Shown here: positions 1 through 11,156 of the stretch, one piece after another
Layout: every line of letters starts with the position of its first letter
Position numbering within the stretch: the stretch's first letter is position 1
From: Bilabrum cf. latius
Lineage: Eukaryota
DNA: 64,000 bases
Reading direction: 5' to 3'
NCBI GenBank assembly: GCA_965178125.1
Contig: OZ237743.1
Span: 372,001-436,000, forward strand
Made by a program: the position numbers and the translations under genes
The notes under the pieces: model-generated
The model's database searches: none
What the model saw: only the letters and a program-made list of their open reading frames with translations
Told to the model about the DNA's origin: nothing

Positions 1-427
1 CTGGCTTGTTTCGGCGCACGTAAATAGGCCTTTCCTATTCTTGTAGGTGCCTTGCCAATTCGTTAAATTCATTTCCGTTGTCTATTTCTAGCCTCACGGT
101 GGGTTGCTAGACATTTCCCCGCATGAATATCTAGAGAGCTTTTTCATAGGTTTCTTTCTGGGTTTTCTTCAATAGCGGTTCTGCGTCTATTAATTTGGTG
201 TGTAAATCCACAGCAGTTAAAAGGTATTTATATCCTTGGTCGTTCGGCAATTGGAGTAAATCCATCTGAACGACTGCGTTTGGCTGCGGGACGTTCACCT
301 TGGGTCTGTTCTTGCCCTTGGGTTTCTTTGGGCGTTTCATTAAATTGCGGATTCTAGAGTCCTAGGGTATGTGAACCCCTTGGAGAACATATTGGAGAAC
401 ATTCGGGTATTCTTTCAGGATTTCCAT
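1..427 (-). CDS. Retroviral-type (rve, DDE) integrase, N-terminal part; runs off the window
   Basis: With TAG=Gln reads MEILKEY...MKRPKKP...QMDLLQLP..GYKYLLTAVD...LEIDNGNEF, colinear with the B integrase (QADLLFLP..GFKYVLSYVD..LKIDDGTEF). In-frame TAGs include 362 and 131. Confidence 0.85.
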
Positions 428-1023
428 TTACTATAAGGGTCGGTAGGGAAACCGTGGGAAAATCTTGGGAAATGGTGGGATACCTTGGGAAACACCAGGG
501 ACTTCTTTGGAAAAGGTGGGATTTCTTTGGATGCTGTATGAAATTGATTGGAAACCGAGGGGAAACCTTGGGAAAGTCTTGGGAACCTTCGCTTCGGAGA
601 AAGACCAGACGTTCCCTCGGCTCCCGTCTTGACTCTAGATGGAGACCGATGTAGAAACTCTTCAGTAAGTCTAAAATTGAGTTTTGCCCTGCGAAGTAGG
701 GACAAATTCGTTCCTTCGGCTCCCGTATCCCTCTAACAGCAAACACAGGGATGTTTTTGGGAGGCCGTTGGATTCTTCAAATTTCTTCTGACACTTTTAT
801 AAAAACATCTCTGTCATTGCTGTAGGAGAAATATAGGAGTAGTAATAAAAGATAAACTTTAAATTCCCCTACTTTGTAGGAGATAAAAAGTAGTCTGTTT
901 TATGAGACATGGACTATGAGACACGCTACGGAATTCTACTAGGAGACTAAAGAGTAGTAGAGAGGCGCGAAGCGTCTCCTCTATATTGCTGTGGAGCCCC
1001 GCTCATCACACTTGACCCCCCCC
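1..1023. mobile_element. Terminal part of endogenous virophage/Polinton-like element 'A' (UAG-recoded), nested in a gene of element B
   Basis: Carries an rve integrase and a repetitive non-coding end (CTTGGGAAA-type units ~450-590). Ends in a C8 run (1016-1023), the reverse complement of the G8 that starts element C, and truncates B ORF 1024-1254. Confidence 0.7.
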
Positions 1024-1254
1024 ATTCTTTCCTAAGTAAATTCTTCCATTACCGCCATCACTGGTAATGAATGGTACACCTTTTCCGTCAGCTTGACTGA
1101 AAGAAATTCCAGCATTGCTTGCCAAGTCTCCATTACCATCAAGTGTTGATATTAAATTAAAACGATTAGTATTTATAATACTATGACCTTGGCAATCTAA
1201 TTGTTTGGCTATATTTAAATAACCGATGGTTGAAAAGGGCATATTATCCGACAT
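1024..1254 (-). pseudogene. Fiber-like virion protein paralog, 3'-truncated by element A
   Basis: N-terminus MSDNMPFSTIGYL matches neighbour MSDNMPFSEIGYL. The frame runs into the C8/G8 terminus and stops 5 codons later. Confidence 0.6.
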
Positions 1255-1283
1255 ATTACAAGACTATAGATTATTTTTTTAAA

Positions 1284-2300
1284 TTAAGGTGGAGCCGATA
1301 TGGGGTCAAGTGGTGTGGGTGGTAAGTTGGCAGCGGTTATATTCCCCATAACTACTAAATTACCATTTGTTAAGTTCAGGCGGAATAAATTAAATTGACT
1401 TAACTTATCAGTTATGCGGATATGGTTATCATCATCACATTCAATGAAACATTTTATATCACCATTGTTCTGAATAGCAATTTGAGAACCGGCTTGAAAA
1501 GTTGTAGCATCAATAAAATTGGCATTTACTATATTATTATTGCCAGCATCATCACCAACAGTTAAAACTTGGGTTAGATTCTGAGGACTTCCACCTCCTC
1601 CCGATTGTGAATCAACATAAGCTTTTGTGGCTACATCCTGAGCATTGGTAGGATTCCCTATATTTACGATTGATTGACCTCCTCCGTCATTTCCTTGATT
1701 TAATACTTGGGTAAGATTCTTATTAGAAGCATTATCAACATATGATTTAGTTGCGGCATCCGTTGAATCTGAGGGTTGTGAGAGGTTTTTGATTTGCTGA
1801 TTTCCCGCATCGTTTCCAACGGTTAACACTTGGGATAGATTCTGAGAACTTCCTCCGCCACCCGATTGTGAATCAACATAAGCTTTTGTGGCTACATCTT
1901 GGTCATTAGTTGGGTCATTGACATCAGTTATTTTGTTATTTCCTGCCGAATTTCCAACGGCTAACACTTGGGTTAAATTTTGATTGGTTCCTCCGCTTCC
2001 ACCTTGTTGAGAATCTACATATGATTTAGTGGCAGCATCCTTAGGGTCTGTTGGTGAAGACACATTCTTTATTTGACCGTTCCAATGAAATTCTACACCG
2101 TCAGTATAATCACCACCGGTTCCTACATTTTTGGATTGTAGTTTAAGTAAGGAGTCTTCTTTAGCCGTTAAATTAAAAGCAAAATTATTACTTGAACTGC
2201 TTATTTCTATATCACCTTTAGTAGATGTATCTCCTTTCACTTCTAATTCTTTGCTTACAGTTAGATACCCTATCTCAGAAAAAGGCATATTATCAGACAT
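1284..2300 (-). CDS. Putative fiber/adhesin-like protein with internal repeats
   Basis: 338 aa; about four repeats of NLxQVLxxGNxAG...PT..xDxATKxYVD with Gly-rich linkers. Confidence 0.6.
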   Translation of the reverse strand: MSDNMPFSEIGYLTVSKELEVKGDTSTKGDIEISSSSNNFAFNLTAKEDSLLKLQSKNVGTGGDYTDGVEFHWNGQIKNVSSPTDPKDAATKSYVDSQQGGSGGTNQNLTQVLAVGNSAGNNKITDVNDPTNDQDVATKAYVDSQSGGGGSSQNLSQVLTVGNDAGNQQIKNLSQPSDSTDAATKSYVDNASNKNLTQVLNQGNDGGGQSIVNIGNPTNAQDVATKAYVDSQSGGGGSPQNLTQVLTVGDDAGNNNIVNANFIDATTFQAGSQIAIQNNGDIKCFIECDDDNHIRITDKLSQFNLFRLNLTNGNLVVMGNITAANLPPTPLDPISAPP

Positions 2301-2338
2301 ATTAATATGAAGTAGATTATTTTTCTAGTCCTTTTATA

Positions 2339-2605
2339 ATGATTGAAACTGTTTTATCTGGAATAGCCATCACTATGACTGGGATATATGCCTTCTATAA
2401 AATTATTAAGAAGGTAAAGAAATCTAATTGCTTGGTAGAAATGGCTGACGGCACAAAATACGAAATAGACTTTGATGATGTGTTGAAAACCCTGGAAAGT
2501 ATAGATGATGTAAAGGAGTTTTCAAAACAAGATATGGATAAAGTTAAGAAAGCCTTTAAATCCTCTGTTGATAAAGTGAAGTCCAAACGAAAAGTTGACC
2601 TCTAA
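2339..2605 (+). CDS. Small virophage protein with N-terminal hydrophobic segment
   Basis: 88 aa ATG..TAA, TCTA motif upstream. Confidence 0.55.
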   Translation: MIETVLSGIAITMTGIYAFYKIIKKVKKSNCLVEMADGTKYEIDFDDVLKTLESIDDVKEFSKQDMDKVKKAFKSSVDKVKSKRKVDL

Positions 2606-2891
2606 ATTATTATCTAATGGTTTTATAATAATGGTTATGAAAATTAAAAAGAAGACTTGTAGTCATAAAGGTAAATGTTCTTGTAATGGTAGCTCCAAGA
2701 AAATGAGAGGAGGCAAAAAAGAACCAACACACAACCAACTGATGAGCATATTCAACGACCTATTACAGAAAGAAAATGTTTTAGACAGATTCAAACGAAC
2801 AAATATTGAAGCTTTAGATAATGTTGATGAATTGTCTGCGAAGGAAAGTCGGGAAGAATACAAAGAAGCTCTCATAAGATTAAGATACATT

Positions 2892-3353
2892 TGATGCCAG
2901 AGTGTACGCGCAACCTAGTCTCGTTAACAATCAGACATGGCAAGACCTGACAAAGCTGTGCCTGTGCGCGACCCTTGACCGGACTGACCGGGGCTGGGAA
3001 GAGCACGTGCACTACTCCGCCGAGGAGGAGGGGGTTGGGAGGGTGGGCAAAAATTACCCAATCTCCGCCCCTCTCCTGAACACAGAGAGGGTATGCGCGT
3101 CATCGCAAGCAATCCGTTGGCTTGGTCGCACCTTCCCGGTCGCAACCGCCATCGGAACCCAACGAGACGTTCACGCGCTCCCACTCTGGCATCAACACCG
3201 AACCCCATCCGGCGTTAGGATCATGATGCCAGAGTGTACGCGCAACCTAGTCTCGTTAACAATCAGACATGGCAAGACCTGACAAAGCTGTGCCTGTGCG
3301 CGACCCTTGACCGGACTGACCGGGGCTGGGAAGAGCACGTGCACTACTCCGCC
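2892..3353 (-). repeat. Ngaro-1 B2-A2-B1 split-repeat block
   Basis: 130-bp B copies at 2892-3021 and 3224-3353; 174-bp A copy at 3050-3223 matches 8588-8761. Confidence 0.95.
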
Positions 3354-3393
3354 AAATCTTACCGCCATGTCTTGTACGCTGCGGCTGTGTGGC

Positions 3394-4480
3394 TCACTCC
3401 AAGTTCAGCCGCAGCGCGCTGGCCAGCACCCACACTGGCCTGTTCAAATCGAGGCTCCTGCCGCCGAGCTCCAGAGGAGGCAAACCTTCCCTGACGCCCC
3501 GCAAGTACACCTCGCATGCAGATGCCGACTTCCATCTGCCAAATCGCCTAATGACCTCGAAGGCGACCCCAGCACGGTCCAAACACATCACTGCCGCGAT
3601 GCGGATGGAATGTCCGTGCACCGCTCCTGCAACTTCTCGTGAGCAGAAGCTGCGGAGCGCCCGTACTACCTGCGCCTTGACGATCGGCTTCGTGTTCGCC
3701 ACGAAGACTGGCCCTGACGTGGGGCAGCTGAGCGCCAGCTACCGGGCGTAGTCTTCGTCTGCGCCTGCAGTTGGGGCGTGGCTCGCTGCTGCCCACGCCA
3801 CGAAGGCTCGCACGCCGCAGAACCTGCTGCCTGTGACTGCCCATCGTCCGGCTCTGCAATGGACTGCGATGGGCTCTGCGGCTTGGATGGAGAACTTGGC
3901 TGGGCCGTCGGCTTTGTGGAGGCCCAGGCGGATGGCAACACCATGGATGCGTCCGTCTCGCGTGATGAACTGCACTTGCTGCCATTGGAGGCCGGCTTGT
4001 CGTCTGGACGCACCGACGAGCTCTCCCAGCCGGAGGCCCCCACAGAAGCAGAGACAGACAGCTGTCCGAGCAGCCTACTCTGTTGTGCTGCAACCGGCTG
4101 TCGAGAAGCACCGTCGGATTGCGCGGAGTGGGGCTGAAGATCGACGCAACGGGTGCGCCGATGGCGATGCTTTGTGGTAGTACCGGAGGATGCTGTCGAG
4201 CTAGCTTGACCGTGGGACGCCGCACGCTCCTGTGGACTCGATGACGACTCGCTAGGCATTTCTGGTGTATGTAGCGATGGTGCCGCCACTGAGAGGCGAA
4301 CATTCCCCTAAGAAGACTGCGAATCTCGAGAGCGCTGCATTGAGCCTGAACGCGAAGAGTCTGCGAGCTGCTGGAAGATGCCCGTCCATGAAACTGCGGT
4401 CGATGTCGTACCACGTGAGGAAGTTGTCGAAGTGCCCCCACGCCGTGCGCAACCCACTGAGTCCAGAGTGGCCACCAGCG
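3394..4480 (-). CDS. Tyrosine recombinase (Ngaro-1); start uncertain
   Basis: ORF pieces 4252-4452, 3739-3975 and 3394-3702 share one frame and are joined at TAGs. Motifs HSIRIAA and FGRWKSASACEVY; ends TGA. Confidence 0.85.
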
Positions 4481-7400
4481 TGAAATGGTCGTGCTTGTAC
4501 AAGGTGTTCCAGATCGGCGTGGGACAGTCGACCTGATACACCGCGTCCAGGTGCGTGTATGCCTCCTGTGAGCCGCGGCTCAAAGCGTCCGCAACGACGT
4601 TGTCCTCGCCAGGAATGTGTTTCACGTGAATCTGCACATCTTGCGTTGTCTGCAGTACGAAGATAGGGCGAAGTAAGGCTGCCATGATGTGGCTCTTGGG
4701 TCTGCCGTAGCGTATCAGCTACACGGAAGCATCATTATCACACCACAAACGCACCACACGTGCACGCAGGTGCTGTCGCCAATGCGCCAGTGCCAACAAA
4801 CATGTTGCAAGTTCTGCCGCCGCTACATCCTTCGCCTCTAGGCGATGCGGCCAAGTGCCCTGGATGCCGGTGTGCGAAGTGATGTTGCCGTCCTTGTCGT
4901 GGAGAAGCAGCTCGGCGCCGTAGCCTGTCACCGACGCATCAGTGCGAAGGATGGGACAGTCAATGGTGCCCCGCATCGGAAAGCTGCGCCCGCCTTTGCG
5001 CTGGATAGCCACCTGGAATCCCTCGAGGATTTCCCCAACTGTGAAGCCACCCTTGGACACAAAGGAGGTGGGGACCCACACCTCACCTGGTCGTGACCGG
5101 CTGGCCTACTTGTGAAGGGCCCAGCCCTTGGCGTCATACAGGGGACGTAGAGCACCGCGCATACCATAAAGTGCGCCCGACAGGAAGGACAACTTGCCGA
5201 CCAAGGTCTCAAAGCTAGACAGCAGCATCCCCTTCGTCGTGAGTGCCTCGTGCAGTCTGCGCAGGACGTCGTTGGCCTTGTCCTTAGGGCACCGCACCTC
5301 GTGTTTGATCAAGTCGTAGGTGAGGCCCAAGTACTCGAACACCGGGGCTGGGGGCCCTTGCTTCAATGCTTTCGAGATGCTGACGGGGAAGTTTGTGGAG
5401 TCCAGCTGCCCCATGGCTCGAATTGCCCATGCATCGACTTCGTGATCTCCGCCGAGGCAGGCAAAGTCATCTACAAACACCTCATTTTCGACCTACCAAT
5501 GGCGGGACTAGTCTTGGGCCGTCTTGACATGTCCCGTTGTCGTGCTAGCGGCAGGCGGGGTGGACGTTGCTGACGAGTTCGCCTGGGGCGCCTGGTCCGT
5601 CGTGCTGGATTGGGCGTTGGCGTGCTGCTGCTTCCGGCGTCGTTGCTTCTGCTTGTGTCTCCGTCCGGGTCGCATGGCCCTGCCAATGGACTGCTCCTCG
5701 AGGGCTTGGGCCAAAGCCGAACTGATCGTAGTTGCGAAGGCGGGAGATGATGAGCTGCCCATAGAGAGCCTGAAATCTTGCACGATGCGCCCGTCGGGCA
5801 GCTTGATCAGGTTGTATTGGAGATCCTCCACTGCCACCGGCAGGACCCGAAAGTACGAGGAAATGTCGACGACGTATCCGCTGGCACGCTTGGGGCAGGA
5901 TCGAACTGCTGCGGCTGCCGAGCGCAGCACGTCCATGCTGCTCGTCTGCTGCACAGGCGTGGCTGCACTGTAGTCGATGGCCTTGTTCAGACCGGTACGC
6001 TGGCCGTTCACCTTGAGTGAGGAGTCCTGAAGGAACCGTAGCTTTGTCGAGTCCTTCTTGGGGATCACCAGCGGCCGGGCCCGGGCTGTGTCGAAATCTT
6101 TGGGTGACACGAAGTCACGCTCGCCAGCCCGCATGGAGCGCCCGATCTCGCAGGCGATCTCCCACTTTTCTTCCGGAGACAGCTTACGGTCCTTGTAGTC
6201 TAGATCGTGCTCTTTGGGCACCTCGTCCACGATGGCTAGGGGGCAACCATAGTTCAGTGCTGCCAGTACACGCTCGACTCGTGGGAGGGCTTTAAACTCG
6301 GCAAGGGACGGGGCCTTCCTCGGTGTGCGGCCGCCAAACAGAACCTCCCGCCGGGTCCGCAGTGTTGCAGTCTAGCGAGGCACCTTGTCGAAGTACTTGC
6401 GTGGCGTGAATGCCAGCGGGTCGTCGTGAACCTTCAGGTGGAGCCGCTCACGGTCCCACGTCGCAGCTGGAGCCTCCACGAATTCGCCGGGACATTCTCT
6501 GGTACGCTGGTGATCGTCCTTTCGCTGTATGAAGTCCTCGACGGAGGGTGCTGTCGTCCCTGCCCACTCATGGCTTGGATCCGGAGCTGGATATGCCCAG
6601 TCAACGAATGCTGGAGAGATGTCCGTCCTACCTGGCAGCCTCGTGGATGACGCCGTGGGCGGCCGCTGCGGTCGCTTAGGGCGCGCTAGGGCCACCAGGA
6701 CTGGGTGAAGCGCGGGCGTTGACGTGACAGGTGGTGTGGAAGCAGCACACGCGTCCGATGTGGTGGTAGTCTGCGTACGCCCCTGCGGCAGTGTTGGTGT
6801 TGGAGTGCTGGGCTGGCTCTGACGTGACGTACCTCGTGGGGGGGGGTCAGGTGAAGGCTCCTTGGACTTCCTGGTGGAACCCCCGTCCTGCCGGTCCGCA
6901 CGCTGGTGCTGGCCACCTTGCTGGCCTGCACCGCCACGTCCACGGCCTCGACGGTGTCGACCTCCGCCACGATCGGCACTGGGCTGGTCGCTGTCACCCC
7001 CGCTGCGCCTGGAGCCTCCACTGCCCCCGCCTCCACTGCCCCCGCGGGGGTCGAAGTGACGGGACAGTGCTGCTCGACGGGACGGCGCCTGCATGTCAGC
7101 CTGGACTCCCTGTAGCAGTCCGCGCACGAGGCCAGGTTCGCCTGATCTGCATGCCTCAGTGGCCCACGGATGCAGCAATTGTAGGAGACGCATGCAGTCG
7201 CCAGAAGAGCACGAAGGAATCTCATTCCCAACAAGGTCACGAATCTCAACGTCACAGCGTTCGCCTGTATGGCGCCAAGCATGGGAGGAGAGCATCTCAA
7301 AGGCTGAACTTCCGCGTGGTATCACACACACAGCGGCAAACACCACCTCTAGTCGGGACGCCGATGCAGATGATGCCCCGGAAGCACTAACCAAACGAAG

Positions 7401-8108
7401 AAAATCATTGCGAACCTGCCCCAGGGTTTTCCAATCGGGCACTAGTGATGCTGGACACGACCACGAGCTGCTGCCCTGCGGCAACCAGGACGGCAAGGGC
7501 GCCGTCGAATGCACGCAAGCAGCGCGCACGAGCACACAGCCTAAAGCAAAGGAAATAGCCGAGTAAATAGTGCATAGTAACTCGCTAGATGGCACCTACT
7601 TTTCTCGTCCGCCTGCAGCAGACGACTCCGAGTTGGACGCATCAAACTTCCCAAAACTGGCATTGCTCATCGGCAGAGCTGCATGAAGCCGGCTCGTGAA
7701 CGAGAAAATAGCCGATTCAATCTTGGCTCTCGTCACGGCCTGACCAAACAGGGCACGGGCCAGTTCTGCAGCGAAATCGCGGCCGCTAGCGTCCAAATGA
7801 AGCGCGTCAGCCTAGCAAAACCGCGGCATGAACGCGGATTGGCGAAAGATCGAGGTCAACGTTGCCAAGAAATCATCAGAAAACCAATTCTGCATTCGAA
7901 TTGCAGCGATTGAAGGTGCAGAGGCCTCACGCTACAAAATCTCCACTGGTTGCGAGCGAACGACCGCGGAGTCCACTGCCGTGCCTGCGCCCGGTGAAAC
8001 TGGGTCAATTGAAGACGCAGGCTGCGGTGAGGCAGAAGATGACACAGGAGGTTCACGGGGTGGCTGATGAGCGGGTGTAGCGTCGACCGGTGGCGGGGAT
8101 GAGTGCAT
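3588..8108 (-). CDS. Gag-like/RT/RNase H polyprotein (Ngaro-1), one frame under TAG=Gln
   Basis: All track fragments from 8279 to 3666 are one frame broken only by TAG. RT motifs KLRFLQD, VDISSYF, LSMGSSSSP, FVDD; RNase H motifs TDAS, AELA, CDN, NVVADALSR. First in-frame ATG 8108, frame open from 8591. Confidence 0.85.
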
Positions 8109-9348
8109 CGAGGCTGCTAGTCGGTGCGAGAAGTACCATTGCAATTCCACGTGGGCGGAGAGGTGCGACAGCAGCTCTTCCTGGCGCAGAGTCGGAATGC
8201 TGTGCCACAGCGCAAACAGGCGTAGATGCAGAATTGTCGCTGGGTCGGCCGTTCCCCGCAGCGTCGTGGAGTGCAACACTGCCCGTTGGAGATCCCCAGG
8301 AAGGCGGCCCCAGACCGCGTCAAGCTAGCGGCTGGTGCCCGGAGTCACGCCGGGGGAGTCGTAAGCCGGAGACACACGAGGAAGAAGAAGCTGAGGGCCT
8401 GCCGGGCCCGTTGACCGTGATGCTGCACTGCTGAGCGCCTCCGCGAGCACTGTCGGATCGCCGAAGTCCCGAGTGCCTGGCCTACCGGGGAGCCTGCCCG
8501 AGGCAGGTGGAGGTTGGTGCCGCGGGGGTGAAGACGTTGAGAAGTTGGGCTGTCCGCTGCGCTGGGTATCTGCTGCTGTCCCCGGGGAAAATTACCCAAT
8601 CTCCGCCCCTCTCCTGAACACAGAGAGGGTATGCGCGTCATCGCAAGCAATCCGTTGGCTTGGTCGCACCTTCCCGGTCGCAACCGCCATCGGAACCCAA
8701 CGAGACGTTCACGCGCTCCCACTCTGGCATCAACACCGAACCCCATCCGGCGTTAGGATCAGAAAGCGAGAAAGATAATTTGCTCAAAAATACAATAAGT
8801 GATTCTAATCAATCACGTAATGAACTGATGCGAATGTTGAAAGAAGTTCTGTCAATCTATAAGAAACCTTTAGAATCCACTTTTAAAGCCAGGCTTCGTG
8901 ATAAACTTAGGGTCTTAATGAGGAAACTAGAAGAAAAAGATGGTAGTTTTCCAGACAACCCGAATGGGGAGAGGGCAACACGTTTGGTTTTGGATATGTC
9001 ATACTTGATTAATAAGGTTTTAGAAGTAGGAAGAGACATAGATTTTGAGGAACTAGATGAAAGAACACTGAACGAACCTGACGACCGAGATGAATTTTCA
9101 ATCAGAAGAATTGAAAGAGAGCAAAGACTGAGAGAAAACCCAGATGATGACTTTGGAAGAGCATTGAATAGACTACAAGGCAGAGGCAAACCCAAATACA
9201 AGCCAAAAAATGCGATGAAGTCCAAAGTAATGAAAATTGCTTCTCAACTACAAAAGAAGCACGGCTACAACAAGTCCAAAGCCCTAAAACTAGCATACAA
9301 AGTTATGAAAGAATAATTTAATGAGCAATGTATCAATTACTGATTAAA

Positions 9349-9957
9349 TTATTTGAACCCCAAATATTCTTTAGCCCTTCTATCTAATTCCTTTATGAAC
9401 TTCTCTTCATTGTATTTGTCAATCCTCCGTTTCAATTTATTGTTATTGTTAATGAACTTCGTTAGGTTATCCATAGGCTTCCCCATCAATTTCAGTAGAC
9501 TCCGAAACCGTTTCAAGAGCTTGTAGAATTTGCCTTCTGAAAGCAACTCTTCCATTTCTTCTTTTAGTGTTTTGACATACTTAGATTTAGGTGGAAGACC
9601 TCCCATAAAGAAATTATTCGTTATCTCCATTGGTCTGTCTCCCTCATACAGGATGTATAAGTCTAACTTGATGGTTCCTTTTAGGTTGTTCTTAATCCAA
9701 TTCCTCTTTTTTACGATGTCGTTCAACTTGTTGAATTTCATTTCATTTGTTTTGAACTCACTGAAAAATATGTTTGGTGGTAGTAATTGAATGTATTTAA
9801 TTAAGGCACTGACAAAACTGGAGGGAGAACCTAACCAAACTTGATTAAAGTCTATGTCGGAGAAGTATTTCAAGCTAGGGTCAGTATAAGAACCGACTAT
9901 AAAGGAATCTTCAGGCTTTCCAAGACTAATTACTTCACGGATGTAAGTTAAATCCAT
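9349..9957 (-). CDS. Putative nucleotidyltransferase (Pol beta-like fold)
   Basis: IVGSY...FSDIDF (GS..DxD) motif and a later KLDL strand. Confidence 0.55.
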   Translation of the reverse strand: MDLTYIREVISLGKPEDSFIVGSYTDPSLKYFSDIDFNQVWLGSPSSFVSALIKYIQLLPPNIFFSEFKTNEMKFNKLNDIVKKRNWIKNNLKGTIKLDLYILYEGDRPMEITNNFFMGGLPPKSKYVKTLKEEMEELLSEGKFYKLLKRFRSLLKLMGKPMDNLTKFINNNNKLKRRIDKYNEEKFIKELDRRAKEYLGFK

Positions 9958-9984
9958 ATTATTATCTAACCTGATATAATAAAA

Positions 9985-10710
9985 ATGTTTTCATTAACCA
10001 AGACAAAAGATAATTTTCCTATCGCAACAGATGGCAAACAAAACATCTTTCTGAATCCAAGTGTAAGGAAGAGCGAGGATATAATTGAATCTGACAAGGA
10101 GCTAGAATTATTGCCGTCAAGTAAAGGACGGGATGTGATTTATTTGTTTGCCTGTTCTGGAGCTGGCAAGACCCACTTTTGCCGTTGCTTCTGTTATCAG
10201 TACAATAAGATGTACCCCAAGAATAAGATTATCCTATTCAGTGATTCAGGGGATAAAAGCGATTTCAAAGGAGTGAAGAATTTAAAAGCCATTCCAATTC
10301 ACGATATGGAAGCCGAGGAACTTAAAGCATTACCACCAACCACATTCAAAAATTGTTTGTGTCTGTATGACGATATAGACTCCATCATTGACAAAAAGTT
10401 AAAGGATGCCGTGTATTCTATTATGGCTAGAAGTTTAACGACAGGAAGACATCACGACACATCAATGCTAATAACTAGTCATATAGGAGCTTCCGGCAAT
10501 TTGACCAAAACGATATTGAACGAATGCCAAAAATTAATCCTTTTCCCGAATGCTAGTAGCCAAAACGAATATATAGCTACTAAATACGGAGGTTTGACCA
10601 AGGAGCAGACAAATGATTTCTTGAATAGAGAAATAGAGACCAGATGGATTTGCTTAAACCGTCATATGCCTCGTTATGTGTTGACACAATTTGAAGTCAT
10701 ACCAATTTAA
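9985..10710 (+). CDS. Genome-packaging ATPase (FtsK-HerA/A32-like)
   Basis: Walker A ACSGAGKT, Walker B CLYDDID, GRHH motif. Confidence 0.92.
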   Translation: MFSLTKTKDNFPIATDGKQNIFLNPSVRKSEDIIESDKELELLPSSKGRDVIYLFACSGAGKTHFCRCFCYQYNKMYPKNKIILFSDSGDKSDFKGVKNLKAIPIHDMEAEELKALPPTTFKNCLCLYDDIDSIIDKKLKDAVYSIMARSLTTGRHHDTSMLITSHIGASGNLTKTILNECQKLILFPNASSQNEYIATKYGGLTKEQTNDFLNREIETRWICLNRHMPRYVLTQFEVIPI

Positions 10711-10730
10711 AATTATTCTAAGCTTGTTTA

Positions 10731-11156
10731 ATGTCAATATCAGATAAAATTAAGGCAATATCCAAACAGATAAAATACTTTTGGTTTTATCCGCAATCAA
10801 AAACTAATATTGAATTAGTTCTAAACAATAATTCAAAATCAGGGAGTAAGCCAATTTTAAAAGAAGAGCTCAAGAATGAGGGTATCTCAGATTTAGTTCT
10901 TTTGACTGTTCATTATATCAATAAAACCAGTAAATTATTTCCTGAAAATGTGTATATAACATTGAATTTTTACAGACTTGAGAATAACAGGTTTTACAAA
11001 AATAATGAAATCATACCAGGCAAAGTATTTTTCAAGAAATCATTCTTAGAGAAAAAAGGCTTCAAGCTCAAATACTTGAAAAGGATAGTAAAAAAATTCT
11101 TCTTTGATGGTGTCAGAACTCCATTATTAAACTGGAAGTATTACTCAAGTTTATAA
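10731..11156 (+). CDS. Hypothetical virophage protein
   Basis: 141 aa ATG..TAA with upstream TCTA motif. Confidence 0.55.
   Translation: MSISDKIKAISKQIKYFWFYPQSKTNIELVLNNNSKSGSKPILKEELKNEGISDLVLLTVHYINKTSKLFPENVYITLNFYRLENNRFYKNNEIIPGKVFFKKSFLEKKGFKLKYLKRIVKKFFFDGVRTPLLNWKYYSSL

Larger units (their letters stand above)
2892..8761 (-). mobile_element. Ngaro-type tyrosine-recombinase retrotransposon 1
   Basis: GC-rich island with split direct repeats A (8588-8761, 3050-3223) and B (3224-3353, 2892-3021) in A1-ORFs-B1A2B2 order. Encodes RT, RNase H and YR; no TSD. Confidence 0.93.
2631..9316 (+). pseudogene. Virophage protein with basic C-terminus (~271 aa), split by the Ngaro insertion (2631-2891 + 8762-9316)
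   Basis: Deleting 2892-8761 joins ...AGA TAC ATT|GAA AGC GAG... in frame (LRYI|ESEKD). Confidence 0.8.

Noticed and set aside
340-1023. Left TIR of element B
   Set aside because: No inverted match to 19160-19643; its features match element C instead.
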